Shown: piece after piece, positions 1-11,076 of the stretch
Layout of the letters: the number at the start of each line of letters is the position of its first letter
Numbering within the stretch: the first letter of the stretch is position 1
Assembly (NCBI GenBank): GCA_963842525.1
Contig: CAWJGT010000032.1
Span: 96,001-160,000 of the forward strand
Direction of reading: 5' to 3'
From: an uncultured Holophagales bacterium
GTDB lineage: Bacteria > Acidobacteriota > Thermoanaerobaculia > Multivoradales > UBA5704
Length of the DNA stretch: 64,000 nucleotides
Position numbers and translations under genes: made by a program
The notes under the pieces: model-generated
Database searches by the model: none
What the model saw: only the letters and a program-made list of their open reading frames with translations
What the model was told of the DNA's origin: nothing

Positions 1-2
1 TC

Positions 3-3000
3 TTGCTGTGTGATGGCAAGCCTGTCGCCATCACACCCAAGGCTTTCTCCATCCTCCTGGCCCTGATCGACCGGCACGGCGAGGTGGTGGAGAAGAGGGG
101 GCTGATCCAGCGGGTGTGGCCGGACAGTTTCGTCACCGAGGCGAACCTCACCCAGAACATCTCCTCCCTGCGTAAGGCGCTCGGAGAGCGGGCCGGGGAG
201 CACCGCTACATCCTGACCGTGCCCGGCCAGGGGTACTCCTTTGCGGCGGAAGCCTTCGAGGTGGTCGAGGTGGAGGCCGCGGAGCCCGAGCCGGCCGAAG
301 CCCCCAGCGCGCCGGAGAGCGCGCCGGAGGACGACCCGCCGGAGGAGATCCTCGCCCCGGAGCCTGTCGCCGCCCCGAGCACCCCGGCCAGCACTCCGAT
401 CCAAGCTCCGGCCCGCCGCCGGAGACCCTGGGCCGTGGCGGCCCTGCTGGTGGGCGCCCTGGCGCTCGGAGCGGCCTTGGCGGTGCTCGCGACCTGGCGC
501 GACGGGCCGGTCCCGGCTGCCGGGCGCGACGAGGCGGGACCGGGGTCGCGGCGCCGCGCGGTCGCCGTGCTGACCTTCCGCAACAGCTCGGGCGACCGGT
601 TCCTCGAGTGGCTCGGTCCCGCACTGACCGACATGATCAGGACGGATCTGGCGGCAGGGGCCGGCCTGCGGGTGATCTCGGGGCAGGAGGTGACGCACGC
701 CGGAATGGCGCTGTCGGGCCCCGAGGCCAGACCCGGGGTTGCGAAGACGTTGGAGGCGCTGCGCACCCGGTTCGGCGTGGACCTCGTCGTCGAGGGCTCG
801 TTCGTGTCCCTCTCCCTGCCGCTCGGCGAGCGCCAGCTCCGCCTGGACCTCAGGGTCGTGAACCTCCGGAGCGGCGAGGTGGAGGCCTCGATGAACGAGA
901 CCGGGAGCTACTCCCAACTGCTCGATCTGGTGACGCGGGCCAGCGAGAGGCTTCGCGACGCCCTGGAGATCGAGCAGCTCTCGCCGGAGGGCCTGCGGGC
1001 GGCACGCGCCGCGCATTCGACCAGCACCGAGGCGACGCGCCTTCACACCCAGGCACGGGAGTTCCTGCGGGCCTCGAACCCCGCGGCAGCGCTCCTGCTC
1101 CTGGAACGAGCGGTCCAGGCCGATCCGGGCTCGGCACTGATCCGCTCCACCCTCTCGCGCGCCTGGTCGGAGCTCGGCTACGAGGGGCGGGCCGCCGCCG
1201 AAGCCCGCGCGGCCATGGCGCGCTCCCGTTCTCTGCCCATGGCCGAAAAGCTCGCGGTCGAAGGCTGGTCGCATGAAGCGGCCAAGGACTGGCCGCAGGC
1301 GACCGAGGCCTACCGCTCGCTGTGGACCTATTTCCCGGACGACGTCGAATACGGCCTGCGACTGGCCCAGGTCCTCACCATGGGAGGGCGTGCGGCGGAG
1401 GCGCTCCAGGCGCTGGCAGAGCTGCGCAAGCTCGACCCGCCGGACAGCGAGGACCCGCGGATCGACATCGCGGAGGCCTCTGCCGCCCAGCGGCTCCCCG
1501 ATCCCAACCGGCAACTGAGGGTCGCCCAGGCCGCCGAGGCCAAGGGCCGGCGCCGGGGCGAGGACCTCGTCGTCGGCCAGGCTCTCCTGCTCCAGGGGTC
1601 GGCGCATATGGACGCCGGCAGGATGAACGAGGCCGCCGTCGCATTCCAGCAGGCGAAAGAGATCCATCAGAGAGTCGGCGACCGCTGGGGTATTGCCCGG
1701 TCTCTGATGTACCTCGGGGTCCTTCGACACCGCCTGGGGTACCTCGACCTCGCCGGGGAGTCCCACCTGAACGCGTTGAAGATTGCGAAGGAGCTCGACA
1801 ATGCTCGCGGCATCGCCGTCGAGCTCGCCAATCTCGGTTGGCTGTACCACGACCGGGGAGACCTGACCCAAGCCCAGCGTTATCTCGAGAGGTCTCAGGC
1901 CAAGCTTGCCGAGATCGGGGACCGGCTGACGGAGCAGCGGATCATCGTCCTGATCGCAGCCATCCTCACCGCCCGCGGCAATCTCGACGCCGCCGCGACC
2001 CGGCTCGACCAGGCGCTGGTGATGAGCCGCAAGGTCGGCAGCCGCTTCGACGAGGCGGGGGCGCTCGCGGACCTGGGGAGTGTGGCCGCGGCACAAGGCC
2101 GCCTGAAGGAAGCTCTGCGCCGTCACGAGGAGGCCCTCCGGATCTTCCGCGAGTTGGGCAGCTCGACCGTCTCCAACTTACTTTGGAAGTCGGGCGACGT
2201 CCTGGTCAGCCTCGGTGAGCTCGCCGCGGCACGGGAGAGGTACGATCAGGCGCTCGCCGCCAAGCGGGAGGAGGGCGATCGGATCGGCGCCGGCCGCGTC
2301 CTAGGCTCTCTCGCCCGGCTGGCGTTCTATACGGGAGACCTCGCGTCGGCGCGGGCGTGGAGCGCAGAGCTGCTCCAGATCGCGCGAGCCACCGGAGCCC
2401 GCTCGCTCGAGGCCCGCGCCCTCAAGGAGATGGGCCGGGTCGACCTGGCGACGGAACCGGCCAGCCCCCGCGCGCAGCAACGGCTGGAAATGTCTCTGCG
2501 GATGAGCCTCCAGATGGAAGAGACGCTGACCGCGGAGGAGACCCGGCTCGACCTGGCACGCGTGTTCGAGGCCCAGGGAAAGGTCGCCGAGGCGCTGCGG
2601 ATCACGGGGGAGGTCGCCGCCTGGTCCCGCACCCGGAGGATTCCCGCCTGGGAAGCACGGGCCCTGGAGGCCCGCGCCCGGATGCTCCTCGGCCGGGGAG
2701 ACCTCGACGGGGCCGTGACAGTGGCCGTCCGGCTCCGCGAGCTGGTCCGCACCTACAGCGAGGACCGCCTGCTGCGCGCCCTCGTGACGCCGGCGCTGGC
2801 GCGCGTCCAGGCCGCGCAGGGCGATCTGGAGGGAGCCCGGGGTGAGCTGCGGCAGGCCTTCGCGGAGGCCGCGAAGCTGGGGATCGTGCCGGCGTCTCTG
2901 GAGGCGCGCCGGGCCCTGGGCGAAATCGAGCTGGCGCACGGAGACCGCGAGAAAGCCCTCCGGGACCTCGACGGGGTCCGGCAAGAGGCCGAGTCCCGCG

Positions 3001-3038
3001 GCTTCCACGGGCCGGTGCAGAAGGAAGCAGGACGCTGA
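3..3038 (+). CDS. OmpR/CadC-like winged-helix + TM + TolB-N/FlgO-like + TPR regulator (5' truncated by window edge)
   Basis: [56 protein letters not shown] is a wHTH signature. A TM segment ([23 protein letters not shown]) follows, then [15 protein letters not shown] and many TPR-like helices. Confidence 0.85.
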   Translation: MLCDGKPVAITPKAFSILLALIDRHGEVVEKRGLIQRVWPDSFVTEANLTQNISSLRKALGERAGEHRYILTVPGQGYSFAAEAFEVVEVEAAEPEPAEAPSAPESAPEDDPPEEILAPEPVAAPSTPASTPIQAPARRRRPWAVAALLVGALALGAALAVLATWRDGPVPAAGRDEAGPGSRRRAVAVLTFRNSSGDRFLEWLGPALTDMIRTDLAAGAGLRVISGQEVTHAGMALSGPEARPGVAKTLEALRTRFGVDLVVEGSFVSLSLPLGERQLRLDLRVVNLRSGEVEASMNETGSYSQLLDLVTRASERLRDALEIEQLSPEGLRAARAAHSTSTEATRLHTQAREFLRASNPAAALLLLERAVQADPGSALIRSTLSRAWSELGYEGRAAAEARAAMARSRSLPMAEKLAVEGWSHEAAKDWPQATEAYRSLWTYFPDDVEYGLRLAQVLTMGGRAAEALQALAELRKLDPPDSEDPRIDIAEASAAQRLPDPNRQLRVAQAAEAKGRRRGEDLVVGQALLLQGSAHMDAGRMNEAAVAFQQAKEIHQRVGDRWGIARSLMYLGVLRHRLGYLDLAGESHLNALKIAKELDNARGIAVELANLGWLYHDRGDLTQAQRYLERSQAKLAEIGDRLTEQRIIVLIAAILTARGNLDAAATRLDQALVMSRKVGSRFDEAGALADLGSVAAAQGRLKEALRRHEEALRIFRELGSSTVSNLLWKSGDVLVSLGELAAARERYDQALAAKREEGDRIGAGRVLGSLARLAFYTGDLASARAWSAELLQIARATGARSLEARALKEMGRVDLATEPASPRAQQRLEMSLRMSLQMEETLTAEETRLDLARVFEAQGKVAEALRITGEVAAWSRTRRIPAWEARALEARARMLLGRGDLDGAVTVAVRLRELVRTYSEDRLLRALVTPALARVQAAQGDLEGARGELRQAFAEAAKLGIVPASLEARRALGEIELAHGDREKALRDLDGVRQEAESRGFHGPVQKEAGR

Positions 3039-3040
3039 CC

Positions 3041-5767
3041 GTGATCGGACATTCCGGGAGTGATCTCTATGAATTCGACGAGTACCGCGTCGATCCGCTC
3101 AAGCGGCGGCTGTTGCGTGGCCGCGAGGTCGTCCCGCTCACGCCCAAGGCCTTTTCCATCCTCTTGGTGCTGCTCGAGAACCGCGGCCAGATGGTGGAGA
3201 AGAAGGACCTCGTCGCAAAGGTCTGGGCCGACTCCTACGTCACCGAGGCCAACCTGACCCAGAACATCTCGTCCCTGCGCAAGGCGCTGGGCGAGCGCGC
3301 GGGCGAGGCTCGCTATGTCGTCACCATCCCCGGCCGGGGCTACTGCTTCACAGCGGACGTCGCGCTGGTAGACCGGGAGCCGACCGGGTCCTTCCAGATC
3401 CCGGTGTTCCCCCCGGCGCCGTCCCTCGACGACACGCTGTCCCGGCTGCCGGAGCCGGCCGTCCTCCCGGAGCCAGGCCGCGTCCGGCGTCGCCGGCTCT
3501 GGCTGGTCTCGATCCTCGTCCTCGCTCTCGCGGGGGTGACGGGAGCGGCCTATCTTCTTCTCCAGGACCGGCAGCCTGCGGAGACTCCCGAACAAGCCGG
3601 CACGGCCCAGCCGCGCCGCTGGGCCGTTGCCGTGCTGGGCTTCCGCAACCTCTCCGGGAACCGCTCGGTGGACTGGCTCGCCGACGCCCTGACCGAGATG
3701 CTGACCACCGAGCTGGCCGCCGGCTCCCAGGTGCGGGTGGTCGCCGGCGAAAACGTCGAGCAGGTGCGGCAGTCCCTGTCGCCGCAACAGGCGGACTCCC
3801 TGGCCAGGCAGGACCTGGAGCGGCTGTACTCGCGGCTCGGCGCGGACATGGTCGTGACCGGCTCCTACATTGTGCTGCCGGCCGGAAGCAGCCGCCGCAT
3901 CCGCCTCGACCTGCGCATCCTGAAGCTCCCCTCGGGCGAGGCCGCGACCATCCCGGCCCAGGTGGCCGACGAGGCGGCGCTGTTCGACCTCGTCTCCCGG
4001 TCGGGAGCGGAGCTGCGGCTGGCACTGGGCGTCTCGGACCTCTCGCCGGCGCAGCAGCAGGAGGCGCGCGCCCTCCATCCCGCGACGGCCGAGGCGGCCC
4101 GCCTCTACACCCAGGGCCTGGCGCGGCTGCACAGCTCCGATCCCCTGGCAGCCCAGGACCTGCTCCTGCAGGCGGTCGAAAGGGACCCGAATTCAGCGTC
4201 GATCCATTCGGCGCTGGCCGAGGTCTGGTCCACGATCGGCTACGACGCCCGGGCGATGGAGGAGGCGCGCAAGGCTGTGGAGCTTTCCAAGCTCCTCGCC
4301 CGCGAGGAGCAACTGGCCATCAAGGCGCGCTTCGAGGAAGTCAGCAAGCATTGGGCCGAGGCCGCCCGGTTGTACCGCTCCCTCTGGACCTTCTTTCCCG
4401 ATGACCTCGAGCTCGGGCTCCACCTGGCGCTCAACCTGTCGTTGGCCGGACGGGGAGCCGAGGCCCTGCAGATCCTCGCCGAGCTGCGCCAATTGCCGCC
4501 GCCCGCCGGCGAGGACGCCCGGATCGATCTGACCGAGGCGCGGACGGCCCTGCGCCTGTCCGACTTCGTCCGCGTGCGCCAAGCGGCCAAGGCCGCCGCT
4601 GAGAAGGCCAGCCGCTCGGGTGCGACGACAATCCTGGTGCAGGCTCTCGCCTATGAAGGGGACGTGCTCCGCCAGGAGGGCCACAGAGAGCAGGCCGTCA
4701 TGATCCTCCGGAAAGCCCGAGACCTGGCGCGGGAAGCAAGGAATCCGTTCACCCTGGGCATGGCCTTGTCCATCCTCGGTCGCGCCCTGCAGAGCACGGG
4801 CGACATCGACGGGGCCATGGAGGCCCAGACGGAGGCTCTGGAGATCGCCCACCAGATCGGCAGCCTCCTCGGGATTGCGTCCCAGACCCAGATGCTGGGG
4901 GAGCTGTACCGGAGCCGTGGCAGCTTCGACAGAGCCTTGTCACTGCTGGAGAAGAGCCTCGCGGCCTTTGGCGAGATCGACGACCTGTGGCGGCAGGCCG
5001 GGATCCTGCGGGTGATCGGCTCACTCTTGTCCCTCCGGGGCGACCTGAAGGGCGCGCAGCGGCGGTTCGAGCAATCGGTCGACATCGCCCTCAAAATGGG
5101 GAACCGTCTCGAAGAGGCGAATGCCCGGGCAGCGCTGGGCTCGACCCTGGTCCGGCAAGGGGGCCTCGCGGGGGGCCGGCGCGAGCTCCAGAAAGCCCTG
5201 GAGCTCCTGCGGGATGCGAAACAGGGGGCCGCGGCGGCGGATGCAACGTCGAACATCCACCTCGAGCTGGCCCGGCTGAGCCTCGCCGAAGGCGATCCGT
5301 CGACCGCATCCAGGCTCGCGCGGGAGGTCACCCTCCAGACCGGCGCCGCCACCGAACCGGGAACGCGGGCCAGGGCTCTCGCCCTCCTCGCCGAGGCCCT
5401 CCTGCGGCAGCGAGACTTGTCGAAGGCCCGCGAGGCCGCGGACCAGGCCCGGGCCATCATGGACAAGGGTAAGGATATCGAGCTGCGCCTCGCGCTCGCT
5501 CCGGCGCTGGCACGGGTCGATGCTGCCGTCGGCGCGGCGGAGAAGGCGATCTCCGATCTCCGGCAGGCGCTCGGCGAGGCCGAGAAGGGGGGCCTCCTGC
5601 AGTCTGTCTTCGAGCTCCGGCTCGCCCTCGGCCAGATCCAGCTCGGTCAGCTCGGTCGGGGCAACCCGGCCGCGGGCCGCTCCACCCTGCAAGCCCTGCG
5701 AGAAGAGGCCGCCTCCCGCGGCTATCGGACGCTGGAGCGAGAGGCCGCCGCGGCGCTGAAGGAGTGA
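3041..5767 (+). CDS. OmpR/CadC-like winged-helix + TM + TPR regulator, paralog of upstream gene
   Basis: [53 protein letters not shown], a TM segment, AVAVLGFRNLSG, and the YRSLWTFFPDD motif shared with gene 1. Confidence 0.88.
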   Translation: MIGHSGSDLYEFDEYRVDPLKRRLLRGREVVPLTPKAFSILLVLLENRGQMVEKKDLVAKVWADSYVTEANLTQNISSLRKALGERAGEARYVVTIPGRGYCFTADVALVDREPTGSFQIPVFPPAPSLDDTLSRLPEPAVLPEPGRVRRRRLWLVSILVLALAGVTGAAYLLLQDRQPAETPEQAGTAQPRRWAVAVLGFRNLSGNRSVDWLADALTEMLTTELAAGSQVRVVAGENVEQVRQSLSPQQADSLARQDLERLYSRLGADMVVTGSYIVLPAGSSRRIRLDLRILKLPSGEAATIPAQVADEAALFDLVSRSGAELRLALGVSDLSPAQQQEARALHPATAEAARLYTQGLARLHSSDPLAAQDLLLQAVERDPNSASIHSALAEVWSTIGYDARAMEEARKAVELSKLLAREEQLAIKARFEEVSKHWAEAARLYRSLWTFFPDDLELGLHLALNLSLAGRGAEALQILAELRQLPPPAGEDARIDLTEARTALRLSDFVRVRQAAKAAAEKASRSGATTILVQALAYEGDVLRQEGHREQAVMILRKARDLAREARNPFTLGMALSILGRALQSTGDIDGAMEAQTEALEIAHQIGSLLGIASQTQMLGELYRSRGSFDRALSLLEKSLAAFGEIDDLWRQAGILRVIGSLLSLRGDLKGAQRRFEQSVDIALKMGNRLEEANARAALGSTLVRQGGLAGGRRELQKALELLRDAKQGAAAADATSNIHLELARLSLAEGDPSTASRLAREVTLQTGAATEPGTRARALALLAEALLRQRDLSKAREAADQARAIMDKGKDIELRLALAPALARVDAAVGAAEKAISDLRQALGEAEKGGLLQSVFELRLALGQIQLGQLGRGNPAAGRSTLQALREEAASRGYRTLEREAAAALKE

Positions 5768-5771
5768 GGCC

Positions 5772-7967
5772 TCAGCGCGCTCCCACCCCCATCTCGTCCA
5801 ACAGCGGGCGCGCCGCGGCGCCGTGGAGGGTGTCCAGGATCCAGAGCAGGAAGCGGGTATCGGCGCTGACGTTGCGGGCGATGTCGGGGTTGTAGCCGAA
5901 GTCGTTGGCCACGTTCTCCCAGACGCGGTCGAAGTTGACGCCGACCAGCTCGCCGCGCTGGTTGAGGACCGGGCTCCCCGAGCTGCCGCCCGTGGTGTCC
6001 GCGTCCGCCAGGAACGCGACCGGCACGTCGCCGAGCTTGGGGTCCGCCCAGCGGCTCTTGGACGCAGCCGGCGCCGCGGCGAGGAGCTCCTCCGGCGCGT
6101 CGAACGGCTCTTCGCCCGTGTCCTTCTCGACGATCCCGCCGACCGTCGTCTGCGGCTCCATCCGCATGCCGTCGCGCGGGATGTAGCCGCGCACGTGGGC
6201 GAGGCTCACCCGCAGCGTGTTGTTGGCGTCCGGCGCCACCGGTTTGCCGGCGTGCGCCCGCACCGCCCGCTGCCAGGCGGGGCGCAGCCGGGACACCGCG
6301 CCCTGGAAACGGTCGTCCCGCTCCTTTTTCGCGCGCAGCTCCGGTTCGAGGGCAAAGGCGAGGTCGAGCAGCGGGTCGCGGCGCGCGCGGAGCTGCTCCA
6401 TGGTCTCTGCAAACATCTTCTGCCGCTCCTCGGCATCGGCGACGCGCGTGCGGGCGAGGAGGTGGGCCGCCCTGGCGCGGATCGCGGTGGGATCGGGATC
6501 GCGGCCGGCGCCGAGGAGGGCGTCCACGGCGGCCACGCGGCTCCCCGCGGGGAGCTTCGCGAAGCGGCCCAGGACGTCGGCGAGCAGGGCCTCCTCCGTG
6601 GGCAGGTGCAAGCGCTTCTGATCGAGGCGCAGACGCTCCGCGAGGCGGTCCTTCTCGCGCTCCATGTAGTCCGGCTCCCGCTCGAGGTCGGGCTTGACCT
6701 TCTCCCCGGCCCAGCGGACGAGGGTCAGGGCCAGCTCGAGGGGCTTCGGGCCACCCTTCGCCTGGTCCAGCAGGAAGTCGCGCTCCCAGCTCGCCCGCTG
6801 CTTCGCGACGAGCTGCGCCATCTCCCGCTGCGCCGCCACGGCCGCCGCCTGATCGGACTGCCGGGCCGCCCAGGCGAGCACCTCCTGCTCGGCGGCGTGC
6901 TTCTTCTCCAGGATCTGCCCGCGCCGGATGCCGTCCACCTGACCGCGCGAATTCTTCTCCCGGTTGGCGAGCGTCTTGAGGCGGTCAGCCAGCGCGATGC
7001 GGGCCTCTTCTGCCGTCGCGGAGGGCGCCTCCATCAGGTCCATCCAGGCCCGGTAGAGCTCGGCGCGGCGGGGATAATACAGATCCGCCCTCTCCCGCAT
7101 CTCGGCCTCGGTGTACGAGCGCAACGTCGTGCCCGGATAGCCTGCCACCAGGACGAAGGCGCCGGACTCGACCCCGACCCCCTGCTTCGCCACCGGGAAG
7201 AAGTGCCGCGGCTGGTAGGGCACATTGCCGGTGCTCCAGGGGGCCGGGTTGCCGTCCGGGCCGGCCCAGACCCGCAGCAGGGCGAAGTCGCCGGTATGGC
7301 GGGGCCAGCTCCAGTTGTCCACCTCGCCGCCGTACTCGCCGACCGAGCGCGGCGGGGCCCAGACCAGGCGCACGTCGAGAAACTCCAGCCCCTCGAACAA
7401 GAGGTACTGGATGCCGCCGTCGAACGCCTCCACCTGGCAGCGGCGGTTCGGCTGTTTCTCGCAGGCGGCGATCAGCTCCTTCTTCTTGCGGTCGATCGCC
7501 CGGAAACGCGCCAGGTCGTCGGCGCCGGCGGCGCCGGCGGACACCGCGGCCTCGACCTCGGCCGTCACGTCCGTGACCCGGTGGGGGATGGTGATCCGGG
7601 TCCCCTTGCCCGGCAGCTCCCCGGCGCGCGATCCGGCGAGGAAGCCCCGGGCGATGACGTCGTTCTCCGGCGTCGAGTGCTGCTGCAGGATGCCGAAGGC
7701 GCAGTGGTGGTTGGTGACGACGAGGCCGTCGGGGGAGATGAAGCCGCCCGAGCAGCCGGTGCCTACCCGGACCGCGGCCGACAGGAGACCAGCCCCTTCG
7801 CGGCTCCACAGATCCTCGGGCGGGATCTCCAGCCCCAGCTCACGCAGCCACTTGGGATCGAGCTCCAGGATCTGCTGCGGCGTCCACTTCCCTTCCACGG
7901 CGAGAGCCCTCCCGGCGGCGAGCGCGCAAACCAGAGCGAGGATGGAGATAGACCAGGTGCGTCTCAT
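5772..7967 (-). CDS. S46 family dipeptidyl peptidase (DPP7/DPP11-like), secreted
   Basis: Signal peptide MRRTWSISILALVCALAAGRALA; motifs EGKW, GCSGGFISPDGLVVTNHHC, DNWSWPRHTGDF, DANNTLR and DTTGGSSGSPVLN. Confidence 0.92.
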   Translation of the reverse strand: MRRTWSISILALVCALAAGRALAVEGKWTPQQILELDPKWLRELGLEIPPEDLWSREGAGLLSAAVRVGTGCSGGFISPDGLVVTNHHCAFGILQQHSTPENDVIARGFLAGSRAGELPGKGTRITIPHRVTDVTAEVEAAVSAGAAGADDLARFRAIDRKKKELIAACEKQPNRRCQVEAFDGGIQYLLFEGLEFLDVRLVWAPPRSVGEYGGEVDNWSWPRHTGDFALLRVWAGPDGNPAPWSTGNVPYQPRHFFPVAKQGVGVESGAFVLVAGYPGTTLRSYTEAEMRERADLYYPRRAELYRAWMDLMEAPSATAEEARIALADRLKTLANREKNSRGQVDGIRRGQILEKKHAAEQEVLAWAARQSDQAAAVAAQREMAQLVAKQRASWERDFLLDQAKGGPKPLELALTLVRWAGEKVKPDLEREPDYMEREKDRLAERLRLDQKRLHLPTEEALLADVLGRFAKLPAGSRVAAVDALLGAGRDPDPTAIRARAAHLLARTRVADAEERQKMFAETMEQLRARRDPLLDLAFALEPELRAKKERDDRFQGAVSRLRPAWQRAVRAHAGKPVAPDANNTLRVSLAHVRGYIPRDGMRMEPQTTVGGIVEKDTGEEPFDAPEELLAAAPAASKSRWADPKLGDVPVAFLADADTTGGSSGSPVLNQRGELVGVNFDRVWENVANDFGYNPDIARNVSADTRFLLWILDTLHGAAARPLLDEMGVGAR

Positions 7968-8154
7968 GGCCGGGTAGTGTAGAGGAAGTGACCGGGCGTA
8001 TGCTCCCGCCTCATGGCCCTCGCCCGCCGAGGGCGCGGCGTCCACGTGCGCATTCTTACAAACTCACGAGGATCAACGAGCGCGCCGTTCGTCAAACGGC
8101 AGCTCTGAGGCGGGTTGAGACGGGATCGGCTATCCTCTCCACGGAGGATCTGCC

Positions 8155-8478
8155 GTGCGCTTCGGGCTCTACCAACCCTACCGACTGACCGTCCGTTGCG
8201 TGCTCTGGGCCGCGTGGGTGGTGATCGTGCTCTCGGTGATGACCATCGGTAGCCAGAGCCCCAAGTCCAATCACCCGGTTGGGTTGCTCCTGCTCGGGCT
8301 CGGTTGCGCCGGCTCGGGCATGCTCTCACTGCTGACGCTCTTCAGACCCGCCGTCTGGGAGCGTTTGGTCGATCCCAATGTCGACGCCCGGGAGGCGAGG
8401 ACCCACCTCTACGGGCTCTCGGGCCTTGGAGTCATCGGCGCCATCCTGGTCACGATGGCGCTGGTACGGCTCGTGTAG
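8155..8478 (+). CDS. small membrane protein (3 TM), hypothetical
   Basis: 107-aa ORF with three hydrophobic segments filling an intergenic gap. Confidence 0.5.
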   Translation: MRFGLYQPYRLTVRCVLWAAWVVIVLSVMTIGSQSPKSNHPVGLLLLGLGCAGSGMLSLLTLFRPAVWERLVDPNVDAREARTHLYGLSGLGVIGAILVTMALVRLV

Positions 8479-8579
8479 GGACAGACCGGCAGGGCGGACG
8501 GCTCTCCCGCGCGCCCGCAGTGACCAACTCGCAAAGAACGGGGCACAGGGGCGCGAGCCGCCCGTGCCCCTCCGTTTGT

Positions 8580-8928
8580 CTAGTACCGGCGTCCGCCGCC
8601 GCCGCCGTAGCCGCCCCCACGTCCGCCGCCACCCCCGTAGCCGCCACCGCCGCCCTTGCCGCCACGTCCGCCACCCTCTTCCCTCGGGCGCGCCTCGTTG
8701 ACCGTTAGGTTGCGGCCCTCGAGCTCTCTGCCGTTGAGGGCGCTGATGGCCGCCCGCGCGTCCTGGTCGCTGGCCATTTCCACGAAGCCGAACCCTTTGG
8801 AGCGGCCTGTGTCGCGGTCCATGATCACCTGGGCGGACTGTACGGAGCCGTGGGCTGCGAAGAGCTGCCTCCAGATCACTGTCCCTGACGCTATAAGCCA
8901 AGTTTCCGACGTACAACTTCTTGCCCAT
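8580..8928 (-). CDS. RRM RNA-binding protein with Gly-rich tail (one frameshift near 8870)
   Basis: RNP2 KLYVGNL is in one frame. RNP1 (DRDTGRSKGFGFVEM), LNGRELEGRNLTVNEARPR and a GGGGYGGG tail are in another. Removing one G joins them. Confidence 0.88.
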
Positions 8929-9147
8929 GGGAGGCTCCTCGCTTGGACCGTCGCCCGGTCTCTACCGGGACGACTCTGTGAATGCCTGACTTCTGCTTGC
9001 ACGTGAGGCGGGGTTCCGGGGCGTCGTTCCTCGACGAGCCGGACTCGCTAGGGCAAACCCTAGCACATTGCGGGCCATCCGCAACGGCTTCGATGCAGTT
9101 GACCCGAATTCTCTTCTCCAGATACCTTCAAAGGGACGCAGCGACGC

Positions 9148-10044
9148 TTACCCGCCGCCGATCAGCTTGCGGTAGGTCTTGAGGTGCCCGAAGGCCTCCT
9201 GGCGGCGGCCGAGCTCTTCGTAGACGACGGAGAGGTTGTAGTGCGCCTCGGTGAAGGTGGGGTCGAGCTCCAGGGTGCGCTCGTAGGCTGCGGCGGCCTC
9301 GGCACGGCGGCCGAGGTCCTGGAGGACGACGCCGAGATTGTAGGCCGCGGTGGGCTCATCCGGCTGGAGGGCGACCGCGCGGCGGTAGGAGCGCTCGGCT
9401 TCGGCGAGCTCGCCGTGCTCGTGGAGGAGCCGGCCCAGGTTCAACCAGGCGTCCGGCAGGTCCGGGTCGAGCTCGAGGGCCCGGCGGTAGGCCGCCATGG
9501 CCTCCCGGACCCCTTCTTCAGAACCGTCGCACTCGAGCTCGCAGCCGTGCGCGAACCAGCCGTCGGCGGTCTCCGGGGCGTTGCTCTGCGGCCTGCGGTC
9601 GGTGCGCACGGCGAGCGTCAAAGCCTGGCGCTCGAGGTCGGAGACCTGGAAGTCGAGGAGTGTCTGTCCGGACTCGGGATTCCAGACCTCCGCGCCGTCG
9701 CGCACGACCACGTGATGCCCCTGGGCCGTGATGCGGACGCCGGTCAGCGGCTTGCCTGCCGGGAGCTGGTCCTGCAGATTCTGGAGAGCCAGCCGGATCC
9801 GCCGGCGCGGCACCTCGGCGGCCATCAGCCCCTTGGCCGTGCGCAGCAGGATCAGATCCTGGAAGGAGAAGCGGTGCTCACCGCGAGGACCCTGGGCCGG
9901 AGAGATGAAACCGTCACGGATATAGGAGCGCACCTGCGCGACCGACAGGCCGAGCAGGGCGGCGACATCGCGCGTCGCATAGCCGGACACCGGCGCCAGG
10001 CGTTCCGGCGCGCCCGGCGGACGGAGAGAAGCGACCTGGCTCAT
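9148..10044 (-). CDS. MerR-like HTH + TPR protein, downstream of ku
   Basis: GYATRDVAALLGLSVAQVRSY..HRFSFQDLILLR is MerR-like. C-terminal TPRs include AYRRALELDPDLPDAWLNLG and AHYNL. Confidence 0.85.
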   Translation of the reverse strand: MSQVASLRPPGAPERLAPVSGYATRDVAALLGLSVAQVRSYIRDGFISPAQGPRGEHRFSFQDLILLRTAKGLMAAEVPRRRIRLALQNLQDQLPAGKPLTGVRITAQGHHVVVRDGAEVWNPESGQTLLDFQVSDLERQALTLAVRTDRRPQSNAPETADGWFAHGCELECDGSEEGVREAMAAYRRALELDPDLPDAWLNLGRLLHEHGELAEAERSYRRAVALQPDEPTAAYNLGVVLQDLGRRAEAAAAYERTLELDPTFTEAHYNLSVVYEELGRRQEAFGHLKTYRKLIGGG

Positions 10045-10066
10045 CGGCCTTCAGTGTAACTCCGGA

Positions 10067-10150
10067 AAGGACGAAAAGGACAACAAGGACACAAAGGACA
10101 GCGGAAGACGAGCACCAGGCTCGTCCCTGTTGTCCTTGTTGTCGTTGTCT
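10067..10150. repeat. inverted pair of 9-bp-unit microrepeats (AAGGACAAC / GTTGTCCTT)
   Basis: aaggacgaa-aaggacaac-aaggacaca-aaggacagc is followed by gtccctgtt-gtccttgtt-gtcgttgtc, between ku and the MerR-TPR gene. Confidence 0.6.
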
Positions 10151-10158
10151 TCTGAGGC

Positions 10159-11052
10159 CTACCGCTTCGAGCCTGTCTTCTTCCGCGGCGCGACCGCGGG
10201 CGCCGTGTCGGCCGTGGTGCGCGGCGACGGCTTGGGGCCTTTGCGGGCCGAGATGGACACGGGCTGGGCCGCGGGCTTGCCCGAGGACGAGAGGCTCGCC
10301 TTCAGAGCCTCCATGAGATCGATGATCTGGGCCTTGGGCGCCTCCTGCGGCGCGGCGGTGATCTCCTCGCCCTGGACCTTCTGGTCGATCAGGCTGCGGG
10401 TACGCTGGCGCACGTTGTCCTCGTACTCCTCGGGCTTGAACTCGTCGTTCGCGATCTGCTCGATGAGCTGGATGGCGAGCTTGAGCTCCGGCTCCTTGAC
10501 CTCCGACGGCGCCAGCGGCACCTCGGAGAAGGGACGGATCTCGTCGGCGTAGCGGAGCTGCTGCAGGATGAGGCCCCCGTCGTAGGGGCGCAGCAGCACG
10601 AGGTAGTCCTTGCCGCGTGCCGCATAGCGCGCCAGGGCCGCCCGGCCGGTCCGCTTCATGGCCTCGGAGAGCAGCAGATAGGGACGGTCACCGTTGCGGT
10701 CCGGCCCCAGGTAGGTGGCCTTCTCGTAGAAGATCGGATCGACCTGGTCCAGGGGGACGAACTCGGTGATGTCGATCGAATTGGTCGGCTCGGGGGTGAT
10801 CGCCTTCAGCTCTTCTTCGCTGAACAGAACATATTGCCCCTTCGCGTACTCATAACCTTTCACCATGTCTTCCCGGCCGACGACTTCGTTGTCCGTTGGA
10901 CAAAAATATTGTTGCCGCAACCGGGTACCGCACTTTTTGTGCAACATGTTGAGAGTGATGCCAGACGAGCTTTCCCCTGTGGAATAAAGCTTTACAGGGA
11001 TCGTTACGAGTCCGAAGGAGATGGTTCCGGAGGCGAAAGATCGGGCGCTCAT
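10159..11052 (-). CDS. ku: Ku protein (NHEJ)
   Basis: MSARSFASGTISFGLVTIPVKLY..MVKGYEY..IDITEFV..FYEKATYLGPD..IIDLMEALKASL, with a basic C-tail. Only the last ~297 aa of the 1109-aa track ORF are real. Confidence 0.95.
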   Translation of the reverse strand: MSARSFASGTISFGLVTIPVKLYSTGESSSGITLNMLHKKCGTRLRQQYFCPTDNEVVGREDMVKGYEYAKGQYVLFSEEELKAITPEPTNSIDITEFVPLDQVDPIFYEKATYLGPDRNGDRPYLLLSEAMKRTGRAALARYAARGKDYLVLLRPYDGGLILQQLRYADEIRPFSEVPLAPSEVKEPELKLAIQLIEQIANDEFKPEEYEDNVRQRTRSLIDQKVQGEEITAAPQEAPKAQIIDLMEALKASLSSSGKPAAQPVSISARKGPKPSPRTTADTAPAVAPRKKTGSKR

Positions 11053-11076
11053 TCCCATAATATTAAACCCATTGCA

